From positions 128,001 to 192,000 of the IMG/VR virus record IMGVR_UViG_3300047321_000298: a DNA stretch of 64,000 nucleotides; one strand, written 5' to 3'. The stretch is from a virus. Its lineage: Duplodnaviria; Caudoviricetes. Under the pieces are notes generated by a model, which saw only the letters and a program-made list of their open reading frames with translations, was not told the origin of the DNA and ran no database searches. This document shows positions 1 to 7,765 of the stretch, piece by piece. The position numbers and the translations under genes are program-made. Position 1 is the first letter of the stretch. The number at the start of each line of letters is the position of its first letter.

Positions 1-14
1 ACGACCTTAGCCCC

Positions 15-428
15 ATGAACAACCTCCGTGCGCGCTCCGTGGTGGGCGAGCCTGCACCCGAAGTCGGAATGGGCGCGACCCTGCTCGTAGGCTCCGACCG
101 CTACGGGTGCACGATCCATGGAATCTTCAAAGACGGCGGCCGGGATGTGTTGGTCGTCACCCACGACGATTCGAAGCTCGTGGCGGGCTCTGTGGCGAGC
201 GAAGAGCAAGATTACGAATACACTCCGCGCCCGGACGGTCAGAAGATGTATTTCGTAAAGGATGCTCGCGGTTTCTGGCAAGAGATGGAGTACAAGGTTT
301 TCGAGTACGGTTACGACGAAGAGAAAGACGAACGGACAATCGTGCGTCAATCAAAACGTTTGTCAAAGGTCGGCTCACGTGGCCTTCAGATCGGGACACG
401 TGAAGAGTACCGCGACCCGACTTTCTAA
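15..428 (+). CDS. hypothetical phage protein (137 aa)
   Basis: ORF with phage-like codon usage, followed by a terminator hairpin. Confidence 0.75.
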   Translation: MNNLRARSVVGEPAPEVGMGATLLVGSDRYGCTIHGIFKDGGRDVLVVTHDDSKLVAGSVASEEQDYEYTPRPDGQKMYFVKDARGFWQEMEYKVFEYGYDEEKDERTIVRQSKRLSKVGSRGLQIGTREEYRDPTF

Positions 429-453
429 TACCTTTCAAAAGCGTACGCACAAC

Positions 454-479
454 AGGGGCAAATATTTGCCCCTTTTCTT
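454..479 (+). terminator. intrinsic terminator
   Basis: Perfect 20-bp palindrome AGGGGCAAATATTTGCCCCT (454-473) followed by TTTCTT. Confidence 0.8.
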
Positions 480-489
480 CGTTCTGTTG

Positions 490-517
490 TTGACGTTTTG
501 TGCAGAACCTGTAAAAT
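490..517 (+). promoter_or_regulatory. early sigma70-like promoter cassette copy 1
   Basis: TTGACG-ttttgtgcagaacctg(16)-TAAAAT, then TCTGTAG and GCGAACCAGGGG leader. Confidence 0.85.
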
Positions 518-560
518 CGTTTCTGTAGTGACCGATTCGAAGCGAACCAGGGGACCGAGA

Positions 561-743
561 ATGATGAACCAGAAACCGATGATGCGACCGACCCGCAAAG
601 AAAATCTGCGACTCAATCTCGGTTGGCACCTGAAGGACTATCACGGGACAGTCAGGTTCGAGGGCAAGGAGGCCGCAGCGAACTATGCGGCGTACATCCT
701 GAAGCGAATTGAGCAACTCGGCGGCCTAATGGGGAGGTGGTGA
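561..743 (+). CDS. hypothetical early protein (60 aa)
   Basis: ATG after cassette leader/RBS; start corrected from the ORF track. Confidence 0.6.
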   Translation: MMNQKPMMRPTRKENLRLNLGWHLKDYHGTVRFEGKEAAANYAAYILKRIEQLGGLMGRW

Positions 744-745
744 AA

Positions 746-934
746 ATGTTGAGCGTTCAGGTCCGAAGCGGTGCGCAGGTGTTGCGGGTTTTGAGTCCCG
801 CCCAATTCCTGGGAGCCCAGGTAATGCCGAGCGCGATGTTTGTTGAAGACGCAATCATACGCTTCAACGCGGTTCAGGCCGAAGTAGGTGCTCCGGAGCG
901 TGCCCTGTTGGTCCGGGCTCCGGTTCTCCACTAA
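746..934 (+). CDS. hypothetical early protein
   Basis: GGAGG RBS, abuts upstream stop. Confidence 0.55.
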   Translation: MLSVQVRSGAQVLRVLSPAQFLGAQVMPSAMFVEDAIIRFNAVQAEVGAPERALLVRAPVLH

Positions 935-950
935 ACTCCAGGTGATCGAA

Positions 951-1112
951 ATGCAGACCAGATTCAGCAAACTCCGTGCGGGTGATGCCTTCCAGTTCGA
1001 AGTAAACGGCCCCGTGTTCGTGAAGTGCCGTGGTGGCTTCCGGCCTGGTTGTGGTGGCCAGCTTCACGCGTGCGCACCCCATCAAGTCGTGTTCAAGTTC
1101 AACGCTAACTAA
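951..1112 (+). CDS. hypothetical early protein (53 aa)
   Basis: AGGTG RBS before ATG 951. Confidence 0.6.
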   Translation: MQTRFSKLRAGDAFQFEVNGPVFVKCRGGFRPGCGGQLHACAPHQVVFKFNAN

Positions 1113-1127
1113 TACGAGGTGATTCAA

Positions 1128-1343
1128 ATGGCAGATGCAACACTCGTCGTTCCTCCCGCCTACGAAGCTCAGTTGTTCGGTCAAGGGTACTGCGCCGCGC
1201 AGATTTCCGCGCGCAAGGTTACGCTCGTGAAGTTTGGCGAAGCCAAGGGCCCGTCGCGTTTCTACAACAAGTTCCAGGCGGTCGCGCAGATGTCGTTCGC
1301 TGAACTTGTTCAATTTGTTCTCAACCAAGGCCCGAAACAATGA
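1128..1343 (+). CDS. hypothetical early protein
   Basis: GAGGTG RBS before ATG 1128. Confidence 0.7.
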   Translation: MADATLVVPPAYEAQLFGQGYCAAQISARKVTLVKFGEAKGPSRFYNKFQAVAQMSFAELVQFVLNQGPKQ

Positions 1344-1570
1344 CCACAGTGTATCAATTTCCCAACGGTTTCCGTCGCGAAGCTCAAGATACGTTCGGCT
1401 GGCTCCGTCACTATCAGTTCACACCTAGCTGGGTGCCGAACGAGAACGACGCAAACGGCGTTGCAATCGCAATTCCGGAAAATGAGATTTCCCAATTGCG
1501 TCTGCTCCAGAAAAACAACCCAGCACGCTGGGGGTCGCCTCCGAACGCCGCAGAAACTAAATCGGCGTAA
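1340..1570 (+). CDS. hypothetical early protein
   Basis: ATGA overlap with upstream gene. Confidence 0.7.
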   Translation: MTTVYQFPNGFRREAQDTFGWLRHYQFTPSWVPNENDANGVAIAIPENEISQLRLLQKNNPARWGSPPNAAETKSA

Positions 1571-1595
1571 ATATCATTGTCTGTCTAAAATCGTG

Positions 1596-1623
1596 TTGAC
1601 GTTCTGTGCAAAAGGCGTAAAAT
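1596..1623 (+). promoter_or_regulatory. early promoter cassette copy 2
   Basis: TTGACG-ttctgtgcaaaaggcg(16)-TAAAAT; leader GAAACAAACCAGGAG. Confidence 0.85.
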
Positions 1624-1665
1624 CGTTTCTGTGGTGATTGATTTGAAACAAACCAGGAGAACGAG

Positions 1666-1842
1666 ATGAATGCAGTCAGGCACGTAGCGTACGAAAACGG
1701 CGCGATTCGTAACGCCGAAGGTGTGTTGGTCGCGTTTTATGACGCTGAAGCGCGGCAACTGAATGTTAATGGTTTCGTTCTCACGTTCTACGCTGAAAAT
1801 CTCGAAGCCGCGATGGAAATCGTCGCTCGTCGGGTCCCGTGA
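1666..1842 (+). CDS. hypothetical early protein (58 aa, MNAVRHVAYENG...; below ORF-track cutoff)
   Basis: Translated by hand; AGGAG RBS in cassette leader, TGA 1840-1842. Confidence 0.7.
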   Translation: MNAVRHVAYENGAIRNAEGVLVAFYDAEARQLNVNGFVLTFYAENLEAAMEIVARRVP

Positions 1843-1932
1843 CGCTGCAGGCGCGGCCCCCACTGGATCAGCACAGCGACCCCGTGAAGTCACTGTGCTG
1901 ACCGAGCAAATCATTTGACTGGAACAAGACAC

Positions 1933-2139
1933 ATGAGCTACCGAGTAATCGTAAAGATCGAGGTCGTCAACGAAGAGGGTGATCCGGTTAACTACAAGGG
2001 GTACGTTGGGGTCGTCGGCAGAAAGCATTCGCCCCTGGAGACCTCCCAGGAATTCAGCGAGCACGAAGCGATTGCTGATGCTCATCAGCAACTCAACAAC
2101 GTTTTCCACCTCATCGAAGCCGCACAGAAGCTCAAGTGA
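1933..2139 (+). CDS. hypothetical protein
   Basis: ORF MSYRVIVKIE...; GGA RBS-like. Confidence 0.6.
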   Translation: MSYRVIVKIEVVNEEGDPVNYKGYVGVVGRKHSPLETSQEFSEHEAIADAHQQLNNVFHLIEAAQKLK

Positions 2140-2147
2140 TTCTCTAG

Positions 2148-2176
2148 TTGACGTTTTGTGCATCGATCTGTACAAT
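2148..2176 (+). promoter_or_regulatory. early promoter cassette copy 3
   Basis: TTGACG-N17-TACAAT; leader TCTGTTGGATGTGAAACGAACCCGGAG. Confidence 0.85.
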
Positions 2177-2213
2177 GGGTTCTGTTGGATGTGAAACGAA
2201 CCCGGAGCTAGAA

Positions 2214-2375
2214 ATGGAACAGTTGCCCTACCGATTGCATTGCGCCAATGGCGGCCGTTTGTTTTTCTCGACCATCGGCAAGGCCCGCGCAGCGCGCAGA
2301 CAGCATGGCGGCTCGATCCGGATGCTGATGCCTGGTGGTGACGCAGCAAACCCGCTTCACTGGATCGCTCTCTAA
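2214..2375 (+). CDS. hypothetical early protein (53 aa)
   Basis: ATG after GGAG of the cassette leader. Confidence 0.65.
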   Translation: MEQLPYRLHCANGGRLFFSTIGKARAARRQHGGSIRMLMPGGDAANPLHWIAL

Positions 2376-2398
2376 TCTCACGGACTCAGGAGAAAAAC

Positions 2399-2653
2399 AT
2401 GGCACTCGCCCAAAACGAAATCAACGCAATCGTGATGCAGTACCCCAGCGGAAAGTTCGGCTATGTCGGCTGGCGCGTCCCCGGTGAACTGAGCTTCCTG
2501 GCGACTCCGGAAGAGCTTCAAAAGGCGCGCGATGCAGGTATCACCCAATTCCTCAAGAAGCGCGTGTTCGAGACGCAGGATGAAGCCAACGAGGTGCTGT
2601 CTGCATGGCTCGAAGCTCACCCGGAATACACGAACGTCGGTGGTATTGCGTAA
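2399..2653 (+). CDS. hypothetical early protein
   Basis: AGGAG RBS. Confidence 0.75.
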   Translation: MALAQNEINAIVMQYPSGKFGYVGWRVPGELSFLATPEELQKARDAGITQFLKKRVFETQDEANEVLSAWLEAHPEYTNVGGIA

Positions 2654-2711
2654 GGCGTGTCACGTCGATCTGTGGATGATCATTCAGTAACCCGAACAAT
2701 GGAGAAAGCTG

Positions 2712-2918
2712 ATGTTTGAGGTGCTATTTTCGCCCGTAGGTGAGAAGACGCTGGCTCTGCGCTTCACCCTCACGGGGTCCTCCAACCTGGTGGAATTCCT
2801 TCGAACCATGGGCCTTACCCGCGAAAAGGCCCGCTCCGTCGTAAAGAACGTGGAGAAGGGGCGTTTTCCTCCGCTGCTGCTGCCGTCGTCGGATTTGCTG
2901 CATTTGAAAATGCTCTAA
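2712..2918 (+). CDS. hypothetical protein
   Basis: GGAG RBS. Confidence 0.6.
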   Translation: MFEVLFSPVGEKTLALRFTLTGSSNLVEFLRTMGLTREKARSVVKNVEKGRFPPLLLPSSDLLHLKML

Positions 2919-2927
2919 AAATACGTA

Positions 2928-2956
2928 TTGACGTTTTGTGCGCTGATCTGTACAAT
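2928..2956 (+). promoter_or_regulatory. early promoter cassette copy 4
   Basis: TTGACG-N17-TACAAT; 59/61 nt identical to copy 5. Confidence 0.9.
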
Positions 2957-2988
2957 CGTTTCTGTGGTTGAGAGAAACGAACCGGAGA

Positions 2989-3258
2989 ATGAAAATGGTG
3001 ACCAAGGTAAAGCTTCGCAACATGCTGGCTGTTCAACTCCCAGAAATCGAAGTTCGCGGAAAGGGCGAAAACTGGGAAGTCGAATGCCCGGATCGTCGCG
3101 CTGCCGTTCTGTTCCGCCGTTTCTGCCGTCGCAACAAGATCGCGTACAACGGCTTCTACACTGGCTACGGCGCACTGATCGCTCGCCAGGGCCCGGGGCC
3201 GCAAGGCTACGAATACACCTGCGATTTCGGTGACAAGGCAAGCATTCACCACTACTGA
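2989..3258 (+). CDS. hypothetical early protein
   Basis: ATG after GGAG of the cassette leader (alternative ATG 2995). Confidence 0.75.
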   Translation: MKMVTKVKLRNMLAVQLPEIEVRGKGENWEVECPDRRAAVLFRRFCRRNKIAYNGFYTGYGALIARQGPGPQGYEYTCDFGDKASIHHY

Positions 3259-3274
3259 TACGCGGAATCGAGAC

Positions 3275-3300
3275 AGGGGCCGAAAGGCCCTTTTCTTTAT
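3275..3300 (+). terminator. intrinsic terminator
   Basis: GGGCC-GAAA-GGCCC then TTTTCTTT. Confidence 0.8.
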
Positions 3301-3307
3301 TCTCCTG

Positions 3308-3336
3308 TTGACGTTTTGTGCGGTGATCTGTACAAT
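3308..3336 (+). promoter_or_regulatory. early promoter cassette copy 5
   Basis: TTGACG-N17-TACAAT. Confidence 0.9.
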
Positions 3337-3373
3337 CGTTTCTGTGGTTGAGAGAAACGAACTGGAGAGCGAA

Positions 3374-3592
3374 ATGAGAGCAGCCCTCGTGATGGTCCGG
3401 AACCTGGCAACTGTGACCGAGTGTCTTGATGCTATAGACGGCATCGAGCGCGATCCGGTCAACACCGTGGGCGGCATCAACGCGTTTTACAGCGGACAGC
3501 AGACGTTCCTCACCCCAGGTGCACAGCGGAAGATTGAAGCGATTCAGCGGCACCTCGAAGCCCTTGGCGGGGATGACGAAGAAGGAATGTGA
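3374..3592 (+). CDS. hypothetical early protein
   Basis: ATG after GGAG of the cassette leader. Confidence 0.7.
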   Translation: MRAALVMVRNLATVTECLDAIDGIERDPVNTVGGINAFYSGQQTFLTPGAQRKIEAIQRHLEALGGDDEEGM

Positions 3593-3649
3593 TTACGAGC
3601 CCTCGAAAAGCTTGAGGGGCGCTCAGAGCAACCAGGACAAGGGAAAACA

Positions 3650-3871
3650 ATGCAGATCGACAGGCAATCCTTCGATACATGGGCCGCTGAAAAGACGGTC
3701 GAGTTCGCGGCAACCACTGTGGCGGGGCACCGTCCGCATGTGCGTGAACGACTGATCTTCCACGTGATCGTGGCCGGTAGCTTCAAGGTGACGAAAGGCA
3801 GCAAAACGCTGTACGCCGGAACGTCCTTTGACGAAGCGGCCGGACACTTCAATGCAGGAGCTAACGCCTAA
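3650..3871 (+). CDS. hypothetical early protein
   Basis: AAGGGA RBS. Confidence 0.7.
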   Translation: MQIDRQSFDTWAAEKTVEFAATTVAGHRPHVRERLIFHVIVAGSFKVTKGSKTLYAGTSFDEAAGHFNAGANA

Positions 3872-3888
3872 ATATTTCCGTTTTCTTG

Positions 3889-3916
3889 TTGACGTTTTGT
3901 GCACGACCTGTATAAT
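3889..3916 (+). promoter_or_regulatory. early promoter cassette copy 6
   Basis: TTGACG-N16-TATAAT; 44/46 nt identical to the copy at 43606. Confidence 0.9.
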
Positions 3917-3955
3917 AGGTCTTGTTGGATGTGAAACGAACCAGGGGATTTAAAA

Positions 3956-4258
3956 ATGATCTACGCTCCCGAACTTGGCCAAGTTGCTGAAGCCCGCGTT
4001 TTCAACATTGAACACAACTACGGCTCCAGCTACAACGTGGTGTGGAAGGCCGAAGACGACGTGTGCGCGCGTGAGGTTCTTCGCAAGCTGCGTATTCGCC
4101 CCGCGTTCCGCAGTGAGTTCGAACTGCGCCCTCTGGGTTGCGGCAACCTCTGGAGCGAACGTCTTGGTTCGGACGTGTACCAAATCCTGGTGACGAGCGC
4201 CGCTTATCGCAAGCTCTCCGACATCGACGTTGCAGCGATCCTCGAACTTCTGGACTGA
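3956..4258 (+). CDS. hypothetical early protein
   Basis: First ORF after promoter, AGGGG RBS. Confidence 0.75.
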   Translation: MIYAPELGQVAEARVFNIEHNYGSSYNVVWKAEDDVCAREVLRKLRIRPAFRSEFELRPLGCGNLWSERLGSDVYQILVTSAAYRKLSDIDVAAILELLD

Positions 4259-4261
4259 TAC

Positions 4262-4426
4262 ATGTACACGATTCAACTTGAAAACGGCGAAACCTTGATC
4301 AATGGTCTTGATGACAGCGGGCTCGATAACTGGTGGGCCGCGAATCAGAATCAATATTTCGGGCTTCGTGTGGAGAACGGCAACACAATCATCGTTTGCC
4401 GGACCTCGATTCCGTTGACCAACTAA
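4262..4426 (+). CDS. hypothetical protein (54 aa, MYTIQLENGE...; below ORF-track cutoff)
   Basis: Translated by hand; fills the gap between neighbours. Confidence 0.55.
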   Translation: MYTIQLENGETLINGLDDSGLDNWWAANQNQYFGLRVENGNTIIVCRTSIPLTN

Positions 4427-4436
4427 GGTGGCGCGT

Positions 4437-4685
4437 ATGCCCAAGCTCTCTGTTCCGACTCCAAGTGATCTTATGCGCATGCTCGATAACGCAGGCGTCG
4501 AAGGCGTGCTTAGATCGTCGTTCCTGCCTCTGGAGCAGCGTCACGGTACGCGACTATTCCTATCGTATGAAAACGGCTGGTATCGCGTCCATACGCGTTT
4601 TGAAAACTTCTTCCAGCGCCGTACCCTGCAACCGGCCGCCGATTACTACGAGCGCGTTTTGTTGGGCACTCAGGAGCTTCCTTAA
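4437..4685 (+). CDS. hypothetical protein
   Basis: AAGGTG RBS. Confidence 0.6.
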   Translation: MPKLSVPTPSDLMRMLDNAGVEGVLRSSFLPLEQRHGTRLFLSYENGWYRVHTRFENFFQRRTLQPAADYYERVLLGTQELP

Positions 4686-4747
4686 CCAGGGCAACGCAGC
4701 CCGCGACCGCGCAGCCGACCAAACAACCAGCCCGTAAGAGAGGCCCC

Positions 4748-5038
4748 ATGCCTGAATTCAAAGTACGCTACTGCAAGCCTGCTCCTATCACCCTCAAACG
4801 TTGGCTCGACGCTAACGCAGACAAGGTAGAAGAGTTCGACAAGGGCCATGGGTACTGCGGAGACCGCTATCACGATTTCGCCTACGATATCCTGCTTCGC
4901 GCCGGATGGCGCATGTGCGATGACTACGTACACACGCTCATCGAGCAGACCGTAGCTGACATGCTCTCGCAATTACGTTCCATCGTGCCCTGCGACTGCG
5001 ATGAGTGTCAGGAACGCAAGCAGGAGCAAACGAAATGA
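4748..5038 (+). CDS. hypothetical protein with C-terminal CxCxxC motif
   Basis: GAGG RBS; PCDCDEC. Confidence 0.75.
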   Translation: MPEFKVRYCKPAPITLKRWLDANADKVEEFDKGHGYCGDRYHDFAYDILLRAGWRMCDDYVHTLIEQTVADMLSQLRSIVPCDCDECQERKQEQTK

Positions 5039-5286
5039 AATGCGATGTAAAGCTGTTCAACGAGATTCTGGAGACGCGGTCCATGACCCTGATCCAGCAT
5101 CAGATTGACGAAAAGATGACGGGGCTCGACCTCATCGAGCGCTATGATCGGGAAGCATTCACAAGGATTCTGAGCACAAACGACCTCGATGAGGTGTACT
5201 TGATCTGTCATGAGCGGCTGACTGACTACCACAGGGAGCAGTGCCTGGTTCTGAAAGAGTGGTTGAATAAAAAGAAATCTTGTTGA
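5035..5286 (+). CDS. hypothetical protein, paralog of 46120-46425
   Basis: ATGA overlap; shares DLDEVxLICxERL with 46120; stop lies in the next -35 box. Confidence 0.75.
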   Translation: MKCDVKLFNEILETRSMTLIQHQIDEKMTGLDLIERYDREAFTRILSTNDLDEVYLICHERLTDYHREQCLVLKEWLNKKKSC

Positions 5287-5310
5287 CGTTCTGTGCAGGA
5301 CCTGTATAAT
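5283..5310 (+). promoter_or_regulatory. early promoter cassette copy 7
   Basis: TTGACG-N16-TATAAT; leader AAACGAACCAGGAG. Confidence 0.9.
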
Positions 5311-5352
5311 CGTTTCTGTAGCAGGACAGATCAAACGAACCAGGAGCGGAAG

Positions 5353-5697
5353 ATGAGCCAAGTCGAATACACCAAGGAAGAACGGATGCAAATCGCTAAC
5401 ACTATCATCCAACAACTCGGTGGTCCCGGCCGCCTCAAGGCCATGGCCGGTTGCAAGGACTTCACAGCGATTGACGCGGGTGTTCAATTTGGTATCGGCA
5501 GGAACGCGGCAGGGATCAACAAGGCAATCATCAAGCTCCGCGCTGACGACACCTACGATGTCGAATTTGGCACCGTTCGTATGAACCGGAAGACTTTCGA
5601 GTGCACTTGGACTGTGAAGGACAAGACCGAAGGCGCGTACGCTGACATGCTCAAGAGCCTCTTCGAGCGCGCAACCGGAATGTATCTCACGTTCTAA
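5353..5697 (+). CDS. conserved phage/plasmid hypothetical protein (IxQQLGG...AMxG family)
   Basis: IANTIIQQLGGPGRLKAMAG and DTYDVEF resemble a widespread uncharacterised phage family (from memory). Confidence 0.8.
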   Translation: MSQVEYTKEERMQIANTIIQQLGGPGRLKAMAGCKDFTAIDAGVQFGIGRNAAGINKAIIKLRADDTYDVEFGTVRMNRKTFECTWTVKDKTEGAYADMLKSLFERATGMYLTF

Positions 5698-5804
5698 AAC
5701 CAAGGCCGTCAATGGAATGTCTTTCATCGCATGGCACGGATGGGACCGGTTCGCCGATCCTATAATCGTATTCAAGATCAACGCAACAAAGAAAGGTGAT
5801 TCAA

Positions 5805-5981
5805 ATGACCGAAGCCGAACAAATAAACCAACTTCGTAACGCACTTGAAACGCTTGTTGAGCTTCACGCTAATTGGGATAAAGGAACGGCGTATATTCCG
5901 GTTGCATTTATGCACAAGAATAACGCTGCTATTGCCGCCGCGCGTGAAGCGATGCGCAACAGTCAAACGCGAATCGGTTAA
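5805..5981 (+). CDS. hypothetical protein (58 aa)
   Basis: AAGGTG RBS; TATAAT at 5761 upstream. Confidence 0.6.
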   Translation: MTEAEQINQLRNALETLVELHANWDKGTAYIPVAFMHKNNAAIAAAREAMRNSQTRIG

Positions 5982-6053
5982 GTAATCGCAATGGACCTGC
6001 TAACGGTCATTTGTGCAAGGGGCCTGCGGGCCCTCGCGTTTATCCAGCGCTCT

Positions 6054-6061
6054 AGTAAATA
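6054..6061 (+). promoter_or_regulatory. AGTAAATA motif (candidate phage-specific promoter)
   Basis: Intergenic, right after a GC hairpin (6015-6040), heads the structured region. Confidence 0.5.
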
Positions 6062-6072
6062 AGAAGTAAGAA

Positions 6073-6368
6073 CAGCATACAGAGGGCATCATGTGGTCCA
6101 TTGTTTCGGTGCTGCGGATGGTATTTGCGGTGTGCGTACCGTACGCCCCGTGGCGTGATTTAACTTCTACTGCGGCATCAGCGTGCAGCCGCAGGAATAG
6201 CCGGGGTTGCAGGCCCCTCCAACAGGAATATGGCTAGCTGCTGCGGCTGTAATGGACGCACCCAGCACAGCCGCTTCCATGAACCTAGAGAAAGGTCTAC
6301 TATGGGACTGGTGGCCGCTCATTGACTCATGCGTTAACCTAACGGAGCACATGAGGGGCCGTCACCGG
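6073..6368 (+). ncRNA. candidate structured non-coding RNA, class unknown
   Basis: Seven consecutive stem-loops found by hand (e.g. CTGCGGC/GCCGCAG, GCGGCTGT/ACAGCCGC, ~20-bp hairpin 6308-6368) between AGTAAATA and a terminator. Confidence 0.55.
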
Positions 6369-6370
6369 GG

Positions 6371-6406
6371 AAAAGCCGCGAGCCTAAAAACTTGCGGCTT
6401 TTTCTT
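6371..6406 (+). terminator. intrinsic terminator (CCTAAAAA loop)
   Basis: AAAAGCCGCGAG-cctaaaaa-CTTGCGGCTTTT then TCTT. Confidence 0.85.
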
Positions 6407-6415
6407 AATCTCTTG

Positions 6416-6443
6416 TTGACGTTTTGTGCATCAAGCGTATAAT
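6416..6443 (+). promoter_or_regulatory. early promoter cassette copy 8
   Basis: TTGACG-N16-TATAAT. Confidence 0.85.
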
Positions 6444-6484
6444 CGATTCTGTAGTGCTGATCAACCTGATCCGGGAGTGTAGAA

Positions 6485-7693
6485 ATGCTGACAGTCGCTG
6501 AATACCGCGTTGGTGAATTCCAGAAGAAAATCGAAACATTCAACCGGAAGGCTGCAAAGCTTCAACTCCCCGCAATCTCGTACCGCCAGGTCGATAGCTT
6601 CATCAAGACCATCACGCCTGTCGTTGGCCAGGACGAAGAGGGCCGCGTGATCCAGGGTGAACCGTTCGACATTGTGATGTTCAACTACGAACTCGAAGGT
6701 GCGCTACCCCGGATCAACGGCTGGGCCTTTCACTCACGTGTCGAGCCGACTGACGAGGAAGGCGTGAACCTGGTATACGCAGCGCCCGGATTCGAAGCTG
6801 TTGAGCGTCTGCGCTCCACTCCGATGATCTGCGAGCACTGCAACCGTAACCGTAAGCGCTCGCTGGTGTACCTGCTGCAGAATGCAGAGACGGGCGAACA
6901 GAAGATCGTTGGCAAGTCCTGCCTGAAAGATTTCCTCCCTGACGCGGGAATCGAAAATCTTCTGGCTTACCTTGAATACCTGAAGAAGGTTGAAGAATTC
7001 GAGGAAGACGAAGACTACGAACGCATGCGTTTCAACGCTGTATACGACACGGAACGGGCCATTGCAGAGGCTCTGGTACTGATCAAGCGTAACGGCTACG
7101 TGTCGAAGAAGTTGAGCGCCGAAAAGCCTGATTTGATCCCCACGGCCGTATTTATGGGTCGCAAGGATCAGAAGGAAGCAAACAAGCTGTACACGGCGGA
7201 AGAAATCCGGGCGCAGTTCAGCAATGATGAGCTTGAAGCCCTGGCAGGTTGTGAAGTGCGTAACGTGATCGACTATGTGAATTCGCAAAATCCTGATCGT
7301 TCGGATTTCATCTACAACCTGCAAACGATCATGGTCCAGAAGGCATGCCCGTCCCGGATGTTCCCGTTCGTTGCGGCCGGGGTCCAGATGTATCTCAAGT
7401 CGCTCGAAAACAAAGCGAAGAAGGAAGCGAAGTCGAACGAGCACCTTGGTCAGATTGGCGTACGTTCCGATTTCATGGGGCTGACCGTAGTTCGTGTGAC
7501 TCCTGTCGAAGGTGCATACAACATGACCTACATCACGGGCTTCGAGGATGAGCAGGGTAACTCGATAGTGTGGTTCGCATCGAAGCGGATTGCAGAAGTG
7601 GGTAAGACCGTGAACCTCAAAGCGACGGTCAAGAAACACGATGAGTACAAAGGCCGTAACCAGACGATCATAACGCGCGGCGCGCTTATCTAA
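6485..7693 (+). CDS. 402-aa protein with Zn-ribbon-like CxxC...GxxC and C-terminal OB-fold-like region
   Basis: CEHC...GKSC; C-terminal HLGQIG...FEDEQGN..VWF...LKATVKKHDEYKG..QT pattern typical of phage OB-fold-like domains. Confidence 0.8.
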   Translation: MLTVAEYRVGEFQKKIETFNRKAAKLQLPAISYRQVDSFIKTITPVVGQDEEGRVIQGEPFDIVMFNYELEGALPRINGWAFHSRVEPTDEEGVNLVYAAPGFEAVERLRSTPMICEHCNRNRKRSLVYLLQNAETGEQKIVGKSCLKDFLPDAGIENLLAYLEYLKKVEEFEEDEDYERMRFNAVYDTERAIAEALVLIKRNGYVSKKLSAEKPDLIPTAVFMGRKDQKEANKLYTAEEIRAQFSNDELEALAGCEVRNVIDYVNSQNPDRSDFIYNLQTIMVQKACPSRMFPFVAAGVQMYLKSLENKAKKEAKSNEHLGQIGVRSDFMGLTVVRVTPVEGAYNMTYITGFEDEQGNSIVWFASKRIAEVGKTVNLKATVKKHDEYKGRNQTIITRGALI

Positions 7694-7747
7694 TTACATA
7701 CACGGGGCTCTACGGAGAGCCCTGCGTTCAAAAAACCAAGATCAGAC

Positions 7748-7755
7748 AGTAAATA
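7748..7755 (+). promoter_or_regulatory. bipartite AAAACC-N10-AGTAAATA motif
   Basis: AAAACC 7732-7737, after hairpin 7704-7723. Confidence 0.6.
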
Positions 7756-7765
7756 AGGAAGAGAG

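Noticed and set aside
5732-5766. TGGCAC as a sigma54 -24 box upstream of 5805
   Set aside because: No TTGC -12 element at the required spacing; only a lone TATAAT at 5761
6091-6419. 48-aa ORF at 6091 and 70-aa ORF at 6207 as genes
   Set aside because: Atypical composition, RBS/ATG of 6091 buried in a stem, TTG start without RBS for 6207; structured RNA is the better explanation, though not excluded
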